NCBI GenBank assembly: GCA_002269645.1
Contig: NIVC01001115.1
Coordinates: forward strand, 311,403 to 375,402
Length of the DNA stretch: 64,000 bases
DNA from: Macrostomum lignano
Taxonomy: Eukaryota
Direction of reading: 5' to 3'
Shown: positions 46,282 through 57,921 of the stretch, one piece after another
Position numbering within the stretch: the first letter of the stretch is position 1
Layout: every line of letters begins with the position of its first letter
Notes under the pieces: model-generated
What the model was told of the DNA's origin: nothing
The model's input: only the letters and a program-made list of their open reading frames with translations
Databases searched by the model: none
Position numbers and translations under genes: made by a program

Positions 46282-46443
46282 CTATAGCCTGGGAAGCCTC
46301 TATGGTCGCTGCGCTCCCCAGGAAGGGACACTAGTTTAGGCAGCATACAAGTTTAGGGGTAAAAACCCAATTGGAAAGCAGTGAATGAATAGAAAAATGC
46401 AGCGCATTTAAGCGCTGCGACCATAGAGGCTTCCCTGGTATAG
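46282..46443. mobile_element. MITE-like element with ~33-bp imperfect terminal inverted repeats
   Basis: GGGAAGCCTCTATGGTCGCTGCGCT (46291-46315) versus AGCGCTGCGACCATAGAGGCTTCCC (46411-46435). Confidence 0.65.
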
Positions 46444-46878
46444 TTTTATTTTAATATTCGATGCATATATCTCGTACTTATAGATATACGTTCTCCTCTC
46501 CTCCTCATGTGGCTATGGAAAAGTATAAAGTCCTCGGCTGATATTCTCAAGGCCTCGGCGAAAATATTTAACCTACTGAAAGCAAAAGGCGCATCAAAAT
46601 CCAGTACAGTTAGTCTATGGCACAGGCCATGTGACTGACGATATGTATTTCATCCAATAGGCTACATGTATGAGCATGCACGAACTTTGCCACTACATCA
46701 TTTCTTTATTCTGTGGGCCACTCTTCAAGTGATTTAAACAATTTAAAAGAGCTTTCTTCTCGCCATGACCTTTGTTCAGGATAAAGTTGTTTTTGAGTTT
46801 ATATTTAGTGTTAGCAACACTGTTTCAAAGAAGTCTTTTTTCTTTTTATTTTCTCTCCGTTGGCCCGCGATTCTGGCA

Positions 46879-47144
46879 TCACGGCCGGACCAGGAAGAGT
46901 AGGCCTACGACTACGATGGCAAATATTATACCAACACGGGCAAGATCACAGCTATCTTGACGTTGGCTGCGCCTAGATGGTCAGGTGTATCGCAGATGTC
47001 GTTCTTCCAGCCCTTCAAGCACTGGCAGTAGAGCTTGCTGGGTGGAATCTTTCTGCAATAGCCACCTTCCAAGCAGTAGCTGCTGTGCAGCTGGCGCCGA
47101 AGCGTCTCTTTCTCTTCTACCGTGCAGTTACCATAGTCTGACAT
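46879..47144 (-). CDS. Small EGF-like plus transmembrane protein (NRG4-like layout), with one apparent 1-nt deletion near 46933
   Basis: The 6-Cys EGF motif C..YCLEGGYC..YCQCLKGWKNDIC is present. Restoring one G gives the TM IAVILPVVGIIFAIVVVGLLFLV-RP*. An AATAAA lies about 30 nt after the stop. Confidence 0.65.
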
Positions 47145-49138
47145 TGTCCGCCTGATGCTTGAAGTCAAGAAGCTACTATATAAATTTAATTGGTTTTAGA
47201 AGTCTGGTCTGCTTAATTAAGCCCTGTACTTTTATAGACAAATAATATTCTTACCTTTCACCAATTCACCAATATTAGCAATTGATTTTAGATTTAGATA
47301 TATAGCTCAAGTAGCCTTACTCGTATATAATTATTTCAAACTGTTTTCACACCATCAGTCTAATGACTATAGGCATAAGGCTGTGAATACCAAAGCAGAA
47401 CCTATATTACTATGGCACGCACTCTACTAATAGGTGTGATTGGTTTTCATGTCGTTTCTTCAGTTTCAAGTCCACAAATCCCAAGTCATTATCCCAGCAA
47501 CCCTAGTATAAAAAATTCAAAAAAACGACGTCAGTGATCCTCATTGCGAAAATTTTGCATAGAAATACTGCTCGCCCGAGCTCCTACCATTCGTTGTTGA
47601 GGCGCCCAGCGCCAGATTGACAGGCGCTGTTCCAGTGGCTTTCTTCGTGGTCAACACGCTTAAGACCGAGGTGCTCGCCGTGCGTCCTGACATCCCTGCG
47701 GATCTGACATGGCCGCGTCGCTGATAACCGATAACCGCGGATGTCCTTATTGGTTCACCTCCCTCGGCAGTCTGGTGCCCCTCGTAGAGGGATCCGGCGG
47801 CACAAAGAGCTCGCCTGGACGGCCAGAGGGTTCGGCTGTCGACATGCACTCGAGAGTATGCACCCTGCGTGTGAGCTAATCGATTTTCTTAAAAGAGAGA
47901 GAGAACTCTCTTCCACTCCCACTCTCCGCTCACAGAGGGAGCGCTCATCTTGCAGCAAAGGCTCGTGCTGGACATGAAGATCCTACAAGGCACCTTCTCA
48001 GTGCTAGTGGCTCGCACTGATGGCCAATTCATTATTAGACCTCGCGCTGGGACCGTGACGCCGCCTCTCATAGAGGCCACTTTCGCCCGGGGTGGCGGGT
48101 CTGCGCCAGCCAGAGGCGGCAGAGGCCGCTGTCGTGGCCGAGGCCAGAGCCCGCTCTCAACTGCCAGCTCGAGAACGATCGTCTCCCACCGTGTGGGCGT
48201 CCCTACGACTAACACCTCTCATCACATGGACTCGCCATGTGCCTGCTCTAGAGCCGGTGTCCGAGGAGGTCGTCGATTGAGCCTACTGCTCCACAGGGTT
48301 ACCGTGCCAGCTGCTGCCGGACTCTCAGCGCTACTGCAGCAGCACGCCACTACCGCATGTGTACGCTAATGTATGTACATGTACTTTTCTACTTGTACAG
48401 TATATATTATGACAGGTTGGGCCTCTATAGAAGCTAGGTACATGTAGAACTAATGAGCCTAGATTTAGCAATCAGAAGTTTAGGGGTTATAGGTAGAACA
48501 ATAGAGCTTTTAGTTAGCATTATAGGAGCAGTAATATTTTAGGATTTGGCACCCGGAATTGCGGTAGCATTAGGAACTTAGTGGTGCATTGTTGGATAGC
48601 AGTGTGCATAGCGAGTAGTAGAATAGGGAAGAAAGTAGTTTTTACGCAAACAAGAGCTGTTAATTAGTCTGGCTGAGCCGAGCAGCGGCTTGCATCAGTA
48701 GCTCGACTGTCTGGTTGTGAGCCGGGCAGTTGTGGTGCGCGGCTCAAAGCGTCGAACCGACCGCAGACCGACGTCGGATTTTTTTGTACGGGCTAATTTG
48801 TAGAAGAAGAGCTAGGTTTCGCAAATCAATGTGTTGATCGATCGTTGGGTAAAATTCGGGATAGAAAGATTATAGAAAAAGAGCTTAATTTTCCGTCTCT
48901 TAACTCTGTCCATGGATGATTAAACAGTCCTCTCTCTCTCTCGGTTGTCAAGCTGTTTGGGTTTGATCTCACTTTCTTGGGCCGGTTCAGGTTGGGTAGG
49001 AATCCGTAGGTGGGCCTCACGTTTTCTCCCTCAGGGTGCGCCAGAGTCTGCCGCGTGCCGCGTCGTTCTCTGAGTCGGGCCGCTGCTCAGTTTGATTTTC
49101 CCGGCTGGTTTAGTCGCCATTGTTCCTGCGGTGGGGTG

Positions 49139-49798
49139 TCGCTACTGACTGGACTATGACTATGACTATGATAAGTACTTCCGGCGCCTCAGCCTAAGTA
49201 AAAAGGCTCTTACGACACTAGAGATAATTTAGATTCCAGATTGGGAGTGTACTAATGTACACTAAAAGCCAATTAGACTATAGAGGACTGTACAGGGCAA
49301 TAACATAAAATCCAAACCTCCCCGGGGGACAGTGACAGCGGTTCGACGAACCAGTCAGGAGCCCGTGCCCAAAAAAACAGGTTAGAAGGCCCCTTAGCCT
49401 ATTAGGGATGGCCCGAAGGCCTAGAGCCGTGGCAACCATGCTGGGGCCGACCGCCCACCACCCCGGGTACATATCAAAAACCTCCCCGGGGCCAGAGGGG
49501 GTTGAGTGAACCATTCAGGGAAGCCCGTGCCTACTCCTGGGTTAGATAAGCCAATGCCGGTCATTTGACCGCCCCCCACGGCCGGGGCAACCCGAAGGAG
49601 CCTCCCCCCCAACTAAACCCCGGGTACTCTTGCCAACAGACAGTCTCTTATCTTTGAAGCGGCAGGAGGGCTAATCGCCGTGACTGTTTCACCCTTTGCT
49701 TCGCCAACCCGCCATTTCTATTGTGACCGTGCCAACGGTCTCGTCCTGCTCAGACTCAGTCCTGGTTCTGGCACACTCCAGCTTCGCTACTGACTGGA
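49139..49798 (-). mobile_element. About 630-bp 5'-truncated non-LTR retroelement insertion with a 15-bp TSD
   Basis: The TSD TCGCTACTGACTGGA is at 49139-49153 and 49784-49798. A (TCATAG)3 tail sits next to the left TSD on the minus strand. Confidence 0.75.
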
Positions 49799-51589
49799 AT
49801 GGAAGGGGGCTTTATTAGATTTGGCTATTCAAATTGACTTGTAGATGATTAATTATATTAAAGCTGCTTCTGTTTGGCCTTCTAATAGCTTTAGGGGTTC
49901 CATTGTGCTCTTCTGCTTCGCCCTTCACTGCGCCTGGGCATTTCATAAACTTTCTACCTATCTTCTAACTTAGAGTAAAACTTCAGGTTTCTAACTCTTA
50001 TACTTACGTCAGGCTATGAATACTTGAGTTCACTTAGGAATTTAATGCTTTCATTTTAAATTATGCAAATATAAATAAAAGTATAACAAAAATCTAACTA
50101 GCTACTTGCACGTAATCTTACTTGTGTGTATTCTAATGGAAGCAATAATTTAAAGAGCAGGTAATAAATTATGCATGTATATGTTTCACAAATTTTAAAC
50201 TGCCTGCTAACAACTAAATAGTGGCCTGCTTAATATGTCCGGTGCCTTACGTACGACTAAGAGAGCTTCGTTCTTCGGAATATCTGAGCTATAAGATGCA
50301 CTCTTTTTCAGAGGCAGACAAAAATTGAGCTGAAACTTAAACACGAATTTCCCAGTTTCAGTTACTAGGGCGTATGTGTAAAAGTTTGCTATTTGTTTAC
50401 TTTTCGTTGAAAGTAATTGCAACTATACTTCTTTGCTAGGCCTAATTAGGCTCTAGGCCTATGTTAAAAAGTAAAGCATAGGCCCTACTTAGTAGGCCCT
50501 AGACCCAAGACCCACTAGGCCTTAGGCTTATCTCTAAGTCTAAGTAAATTGATTTCAAACAAAAATGGATTTATTTTTTCTTCAAGCAACTGCTCAAAAC
50601 TAGGTAGGCCTAGCCTATAACAAGTACAAGTAGCCTAGAGTCTAGACCTAGCCGCCTAGGGGGGCCTATAACTAGGTAGGCCTAGCCTTGTCAATAACAA
50701 GATAGCCTAGGCCCTAGTCAAATATTATAAATAGCTAAGCTAAGCCTAACGCCCTAAGGGCCTAGTATGTTTAACCTGTAGCTAGGTATATGCCACATTT
50801 ACTAGTAAGTACTAACTAATATAGTAGACCCCCCTCTAATAATAGTATGTGGCATATGCCTAAGGCTTAGCTATTGGTTAAACACTTAAACTTAGTTTAG
50901 AGTAGAGCCTAGGGCAAATATAATTTGAGCAATAAATTTAACTTTAAGTTTAAGATCAAAGTATATTATTGCAATTTATAATGCTAGGCCCTAAGCTTCC
51001 TATCTTTGACTAGGCCTAGACTAAGTAGGCCTAACAAAAGTTACAAAAGTCTAGGCCCTAGTCTTATAGACTAGGCCTTTTTATATAGATTAGGCCTAAC
51101 CCCTATCCACATTTCAAAATTGATTAAAATATTAATTAAATCTTTAAGAATCATAGCTTTAATACTTATTAAATATGATTTATAAATAAGATAACATATG
51201 CTTAGAACTTAAAATAAATGGTATCTAGCTTAAATTAATATATTTTAAGGTTTTTAAGACTTCCATCAATTGCTATATTTAAATAATTTGTTATAATATT
51301 AGTCGTAAATTAAGTGTAAGTGTAAAGCAGAGTCTATTATCTTATATTTACAGCTAAGTAGATTAACTAGCCAGCCAGGCTCACAGTAACACTAGGAAGC
51401 TAAGTTTGTTAAAAAATTAAAAAAATGGATCTATGATAAAAAAGAACTAACAAGGGGACAATTAAGGATTCTACCTTATGAGCTTAAGTTTAAATAATAG
51501 CCTAGTCCCTAATTGTCCCTAACTATCCTAGGTCTAATTTTTATAATATTTTTGTCAATTGGTTTTATTATTGGTGCCTTCGGTCAGTC

Positions 51590-52410
51590 AAATAAAAGAG
51601 TAGAAAAAAGGAGATAAGAGAAGAGATGATAGAAAAGAAAGTAGATATAAACAAGGAAAGATTAAAGAGAACAGAGGGGAGAGAAGAAGGAGTGAGGCAG
51701 AAATGAAGAGGGAGAAAGAGGAGAAGAAAGTAGAGAGAAGACAAGAGATGGTAGAGAGGAAAAAGTAAAGATAAGTAATAAAAAAAGAAATAATAGAGAC
51801 AATATACATATGAGACATAAGAGCAGAAAAGAGAGAGAAAAGAATAAAGAGAGGACAAGATAGAGAAGAAAATACTAACCCTAACCCTAACCAATTGGAG
51901 TAGAGATGTATTAAAGAGAGGAAAAGATAGATAGGGAGAACAGGAGAGAGGAAAGAGGGGAGAAAAGAAGAGAAAAAGATGGAAGTGAGGGAAGAAGAAA
52001 GAGAGGAGAAAGATAAGAGAGTGGAAGAGAGCTATAAGGGAAAATATGAGAGGAGAGAAGGGGGAGAGAGTAAAAGGAAAAAAAAGAGGAAAGAAAAGAG
52101 TAGAGAGATGCGATATAAGAGAAGAGAGGAGACAGGAAAGAGTAGAGCTAAAAGACAAGAGAGAAGAGATAAGTGAGTAGAAATGAGGGAGAAGAGAAGC
52201 AAGAAGATAAAGGAGAGAGGAGAAGGGAGAAAGTAGAGATAAGAGAACAGAAAGGAGATAAAGGAGAGGAAAGAGAAGAAGAAAAAGAAGAGAGTAGATA
52301 TGAGAGTGCAGAGAAGAAATGAGAGAGAAGAGATAGGAGCAAAGAGGAGAGATTAGAGAGGAAAGAGCAAAGAGGAGACAGAAGACAATAGAGAGTCTTA
52401 GTCTTGATGA
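51590..52410 (+). repeat. Polypurine (A/G) low-complexity tract containing (CTAACC)3
   Basis: Strong purine bias, with telomere-type hexamers at 51875-51892. Confidence 0.85.
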
Positions 52411-53773
52411 TACAGTTAGTTTTTGCAAATAGGGAAAACAAGATATGGTATTTGAGAGGTTTTATAGAAAATTTGAGGGCAATTAATGGGATTTGGGTCA
52501 TGGGATTCAGCTGATGCAATGGGAGTTCTTATCCCCTTACTCCGCCAATGGAAGAGTTGGCCTCATACTTTTATATATTCTAACTAGTGAACCAAGATCA
52601 ACCAAATATGGATCTTTTTGCAAATTTCTAAATCTAAATCTAAATATGTTTTTTATATGTTTTCAAATGTAAGCTTAACTTCCATTAATGGAAAAGGCAT
52701 TAGTATAATACAAAAAAATTTTAACTTATTAACTCTTAATTTCATTTAGTTAACTGAAAATTAACTGATAATTGTTAATAAACAAGAATCTATTAAAGTT
52801 ATATAGAAAATATAGAAATCTTGTATTTTTTCAAAGCAAACTTCATAATGCACCTTGTCTTTGCTTTTCCATCTTTTTAGTGAAACACAAAGGTCATCCA
52901 AGCAATTTACAAGCTAAAAAAGTAATACATAATAATTGTAAAAACTTGTATCTATAATAATACTACTACTAAAAGTAAGTATATGGTAAAAAAGTAACTT
53001 TTTTACTTGAAACTTGAAAGCTAATTGATTAATGATAAAATATGAATGGGAAGGTTGTTTACAGTAGCATTAGCAGGTGCAGCAGAAAGTTACAAAATAT
53101 TGTAAAAGAAGTGAATCAAAGCAATTGATGCTCACACGCAAGCAATAAAGTTCACAATTTGAATTCAATATTAAAGTTCATTAGTAAAGAAGTTGTTACA
53201 ATTCCATGATCATCATCATAAACAATGAGATTAATTAGACATTTATGTAAATTCAAATTCATTCATAATGTAACTTCTTGTTAGACTCATTGGTAATTGA
53301 ATTTGTCATTAACTCACAAAATTATTAACACAAAATCGTTCATCTGTTACATTAGTGCAAAAAATCGTAATGGCAGTCTGTTAACATTAATGAGAAATAT
53401 TATGCTTATTAATGCTTATTAACAGATTAACACAAGTTTATTAAGGTACTGGTGCCCAACACGGCAACACTGAATGAAATTAGTTCGAATTATTGAGACT
53501 AACATTAGCTTTTTCTATGTTATGAGAAGTTACCAATGCCATCAAGTATCTATACTATCTAATAGCCAAATTAGAAGACAATTACATTATTTTCCTTAAC
53601 CCATACCTTTATACGAGTATTTGATTTTTCAGAATTGTTCAAACACAACTCGCATCAACTTGGCCCAATTGAGCATTTTAACACATTCAAAATTCTATCT
53701 GCACAACACAGAGAAGACTCAAAATAATTTGTTTTGAGTCAAACAGTTTCTCAACTGTTTAGCAAGGAGAAGC

Positions 53774-56700
53774 ATGCAGCAGCAGAGTTCAGAGTTGCAG
53801 GCACAGCAGCTGGCACCGCCACCTCCGCCCAAGCGTCGGTACTGGAGCAACAGGTTGGATTACATCAAACGAATCGCTCTGCCAGCACTGATGAAGCTGC
53901 CAAATTCTTGGCCATTCAAGACTCCGGTTGATCCGGTGAAGCTGGGCATACCAGACTATCCCAGGATAGTGCTGAAGCCCATGGATCTGGGGACGGTTAA
54001 AAATCGATTGAATAGCGGCAAGTTCTACCAACGCGGCCAAGACTGCATAGACGATATCAATAGCATCTTTTTAAACTGCTTCATATTTAACAGGCCAGGA
54101 GAAGATGTGGTTCTGATGGCTGAAGCTGTTGAGGCTGTGTTTCGCGATAAAATGCGCCATTGCCCGGCTAATGAGCTGGAGATCCATAGCGGCACGTCCA
54201 GCGGTCACCACCACCGAGTGCACGATCAGCACTCGGCTGTTGTGAAGCGCAAGGCCGTGTCACTCGGCGGTACAGCGACCTCCATGTCTGGTCTGTCATC
54301 GATGCAGGCGATCAAGAAGCCCAAGCTGACGCCGCCTCCGACGCCGTCGCCCGCGTCTTTGGCTTCAACAAATGGCGTTAGCGGCGTCAGCGCCGCGTCA
54401 CTGCTGAGCGCCAATTTGCCTGAGCGAATGCGCCCATGCGCCCAGCTGTTGAAAGAGTTGACTACAGTTAAATTGCAGGTAAGCAATCAGAACTGCACGA
54501 AAGTACAGTACGTACTTAAGATTGGCAACTCATTTTCTGAAGAAAAACATTTATAAGGCTGGCTTTATTGCCGGTTATTTATCTGCCGACCCTAACAAAA
54601 AGCTCCTAACAAATTATCCCAAACCGTAGTTATCCCAATCCCGATTATCCCAAACCCTAGTTATCCCAATCCCGATTATCCCAAACCGTAGTTATCCCAA
54701 TCCCGATTATACCAAACCCTAGTTATCCCAATCCCGATTATCCCAAACCCTAGTTATCCCAATCCCAATTATGCCAAACCGTAGTTATCCCAATCCCGAT
54801 TAACCCAAACCCTAGTTATCCCAATACCGATTATCCCAAACCCTAGTTATCCCAATCCCAATTATCCCAAACCCTAGTTATCCCAATCCCGATTATCCCA
54901 AACCGTAGTTATCCCAATCCCGATTATCCCAAACCCTAGTTATCCCAATCCCGATTATCCCAAACCCTAGTTATCCCAATCCCAATTATGCCAAACCGTA
55001 GTTATCCCAATCCCGATTAACCCAAACCCTAGTTATCCCAATCCCGATTATCCCAAACCCTAGTTATCCCAATCCCAATTATCCCAAACCGTAGTTATCC
55101 CAATCCCGATTATACCAAACCCTTATTATCCCAACCCCAACTATCCCAAACCCTAGTTATCCCAATCCCGATTATCCCAAACCCTAGTTATCCCAATCCC
55201 GATTATCCCAAACCCTTATTATCCCAACCCCAACTATCCCAAACCCTTATTATCCCAACCCCCAATTATGCCAACCCCAATGATCCCAAACACTAATTAT
55301 CATAAACCAGAATTATCTCAAAGCACGTTTTTTCGTATTTTTTATTGTTCAGTTCCTAAAGAGGTATCTATATGTCTGGCTAAGTGTAAAGTGTTTGGGA
55401 AAATTAGGGTTTTGGATAATCATGGCTTAGGATAATTTCAGATTGGAATAATTAGGGTTTGGGATAACTACAATTGGGATAATCAGGGTTTGTGATAACT
55501 ACAATTGGGATAATCAGGGTTTGGAGTAATTGTGGTTGGGATAGTTAGGGTTTGGGATAAATAAGGTTAGGGCTAAATAGGGTTTAATATAATTAGGAGT
55601 TCAGATAATTATGGTTTGGGATAGATAAGGTTTGGGATAATTAGGGTTTAATATAATTAGGAGTTGAGATAATTATGGTTTGGGATAGATAAGGTTTGGG
55701 ATAATTAGGGTTTTGAATAATAAGGGACTTCTATAATTCAGGTTTGAGATTGATTTAAGGAACCAATTTAAATTGCCTACTAATATGATCGCCCTACAAT
55801 TCTACATGAATGCTAAATTATTATAATAAACATCGCTCTGGTTTATATTTATTAAGCGCTTTGCGGCTACTTAAAGTAACAAGTAAGAAAATTACTCGCT
55901 ATTTTCCAAAACGCAGGCCATCAGCTGGCCCTTCCTGGAGCCCGTAGACGTTGTGGGCCTTGGCCTGACAGACTACTTGGACATTGTCAGCCATCCTATG
56001 GACTTGTCCACTATGCGGAAAAAGTTGGAGTCCGGTAGCTACTCAGAGCCTGAGCAGTTCGCCTCGGACTTTCGACTAATGCTGGACAACTGCTTCAAGT
56101 ACAACCCGTCTCAATCTGAGGTGCACCGGCTGGGCAAGGAGTTGCTCAAATATTTTAATGAGAATTTTCCTAAAATGTGCTCCGGAGTGCAGCAGAAGCA
56201 ACAGACACAGGTCAAGCAGCAACCAAAACTGCAGCAGCAGCCGCAGGTGCCCGCAAAGCTGCCACCGACTCCAGCGGTGCCGCCTTCGCCAGCCACCCTT
56301 GCTGCCTCGCCAGCTGACATGGCGAGGGTCCGCGAGCTGTCCATGCGAGTTGAGGACCTGTTTGCTCAGGTTTGACCTGCGGTCTGTTGGATCCCCAGTT
56401 GCTGGGCCAGCCTCCCAGATCCTCAGTTGCTGGGCCAGCCTCCCAGATCCTCAGTTGCTGGGTCAGCCTCCCAGATCCTCAGTTGCTGGGCCAGCCTCCC
56501 AGAGTGTCAGTTGCTGGGCCAGCCTCCCAGATCCTCAGTTGCTGGGCCAGCCTCCCAGATCCTCAGTTGCTGGGCCAGCCTCCCAGATCCTCAGTTGCTG
56601 GGCCAGCCTTCCAACCATCTGTCTCGGCCTCAAGCCGTCCGATTTCAGAGCCACAACTCCCACCCCTCATTCCAGATGAAGTCCTGCGTAGACGATATCC

Positions 56701-57921
56701 GCTCAGTCCTATCGGCCCGCCAGTTCTACGTGCCCCCGTCGCCAGCGTCGCAGTCGGCAGCATCGGCTGCCGCAGGCGGAGTGCTGAGTGGCCTGCTGAG
56801 CGGCCTGCCCCAGCAGCAGCCTGCGGCAGTGAAAAAGCAACGCCGTCGAAGGCAAACCACGGCTGGGGTGCCGCAGCCACCGCCTCCGCAGTCCCAGCAG
56901 CAGCCGTCGGCGGTGTCAAGCAATTCGCAGTCGCAGGCCTCGATGATGACAACAACGACAGCAAATTCGGTAACTGTGTCGCCGGCGCCGGCAGCGAAGG
57001 TTAAGCGGACTAAGAAGTCAGCAGACGGCGGCCTCAATAATGGCAACGGCGGCGGTGCTAAGCGAGGCAGGAAGCCAGCGGTGGCTGCTGCTGCTGCGGC
57101 GGCTTCGGGCCAATCCTGGCCGGCTTCAACAGCCGAGCAGCAGGAGGTGGTCCTGCCGATGACCTACGACGAGAAGCGGCAGCTGTCTGTGGACATCAAC
57201 AACCTGCCTGGCGACCGACTCGGCCGCGTAGTGCAGATCATCCAGCAGAGGGAGCCGACACTGCGCGACTCCAATCCAGACGAGATTGAAATCGACTTTG
57301 AGACTCTGCAGCACGCCACCCTGCGCGAACTGGAGCGGTACGTCAAGTCTGTGCAGCAGCAGGCGCTGCAGCCTCCGCAGGCGCCACCGCAGCAGCCGCC
57401 GCAACCACCTGCGCAGGCGCAGCAGCAGCCGCCGCCCCCGCAGCCGGCTCACAAGCCGGTCACTCATCCGCCAGTTGGTCGGCGCGTACCGTGCAAGAGG
57501 GGTCAGTGCTGTTGCTGATATTGGTATTGCTGTATCAATCAGTTACAATGGGATCTTGAATAATGGGATCTTGAATAATGGGATCTTGAATAATGGGATC
57601 TTGAATAATGGGATCTTGAATGATGGGATCTTGAATAATGGGATCTTGAATGATGGGATCTTGAATAATGGGATCTTGAATGATGGGATCTTGAATGATG
57701 GGATCTTGAATAATGGGATCTTGAATGATATGATCTTGAATGATGGGATCTTGAATGATGGGATCTTGAATCCAATTTAATGCGATCTGGCATAAATTTA
57801 ATAAACCATATCGGACTCCCCCCCAAATATTGCAGTAGTCAGCGAGTCCAGCAGCTCATCAAGCTCGGACTACTCGTCAAGCGGTAGCGACTCAAGCGGT
57901 AGCGAATCGGACTCCAGCTGA
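53774..57921 (+). CDS. BET-family bromodomain protein (BRD2/3/4, fs(1)h-like), ~680 aa. Exons 53774-54478, 55917-56369, 56676-57477, 57836-57921.
   Basis: BD1 ([19 protein letters not shown]), BD2 ([17 protein letters not shown]), a coiled-coil motif B, the ET domain ([27 protein letters not shown]) and a Ser-rich SEED tail are present. The GT-AG introns have consistent phases 0, 0, 1. AATAAA is at 58395. Confidence 0.93.
54620..55320. repeat. About 31-bp minisatellite (TTATCCCAAACCCTAG-TTATCCCAATCCCGA) in BET intron 1
   Basis: Visible tandem array. Confidence 0.93.
55395..55745. repeat. Diverged inverted copy of the 54620-55320 minisatellite
   Basis: Units such as TAGGGTTTTGGGATAA are reverse complements of TTATCCCAAACCCTA. 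Confidence 0.8.
56390..56612. repeat. 28-bp minisatellite in BET intron 2
   Basis: CCTCCCAGATCCTCAGTTGCTGGGCCAG units with an internal CCCAG/CTGGG inverted pair. Confidence 0.95.
57545..57775. repeat. 15-bp minisatellite in BET intron 3
   Basis: GGGATCTTGAATAAT units. Confidence 0.95.

Noticed and set aside
51875-51892. (CTAACC)3 as a telomere or fusion scar
   Set aside because: Only three units within low-complexity DNA, compatible with chance or minor telomerase healing.
51568-52428. 286-aa Leu/Ser/Phe-rich multi-TM-looking ORF
   Set aside because: It is the translation of the pyrimidine strand of the polypurine tract.
56427-56675. N-terminal part of the 363-aa ORF as BET coding sequence
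   Set aside because: It is the 28-bp intronic minisatellite. A phase-compatible acceptor at 56675 starts the real exon.
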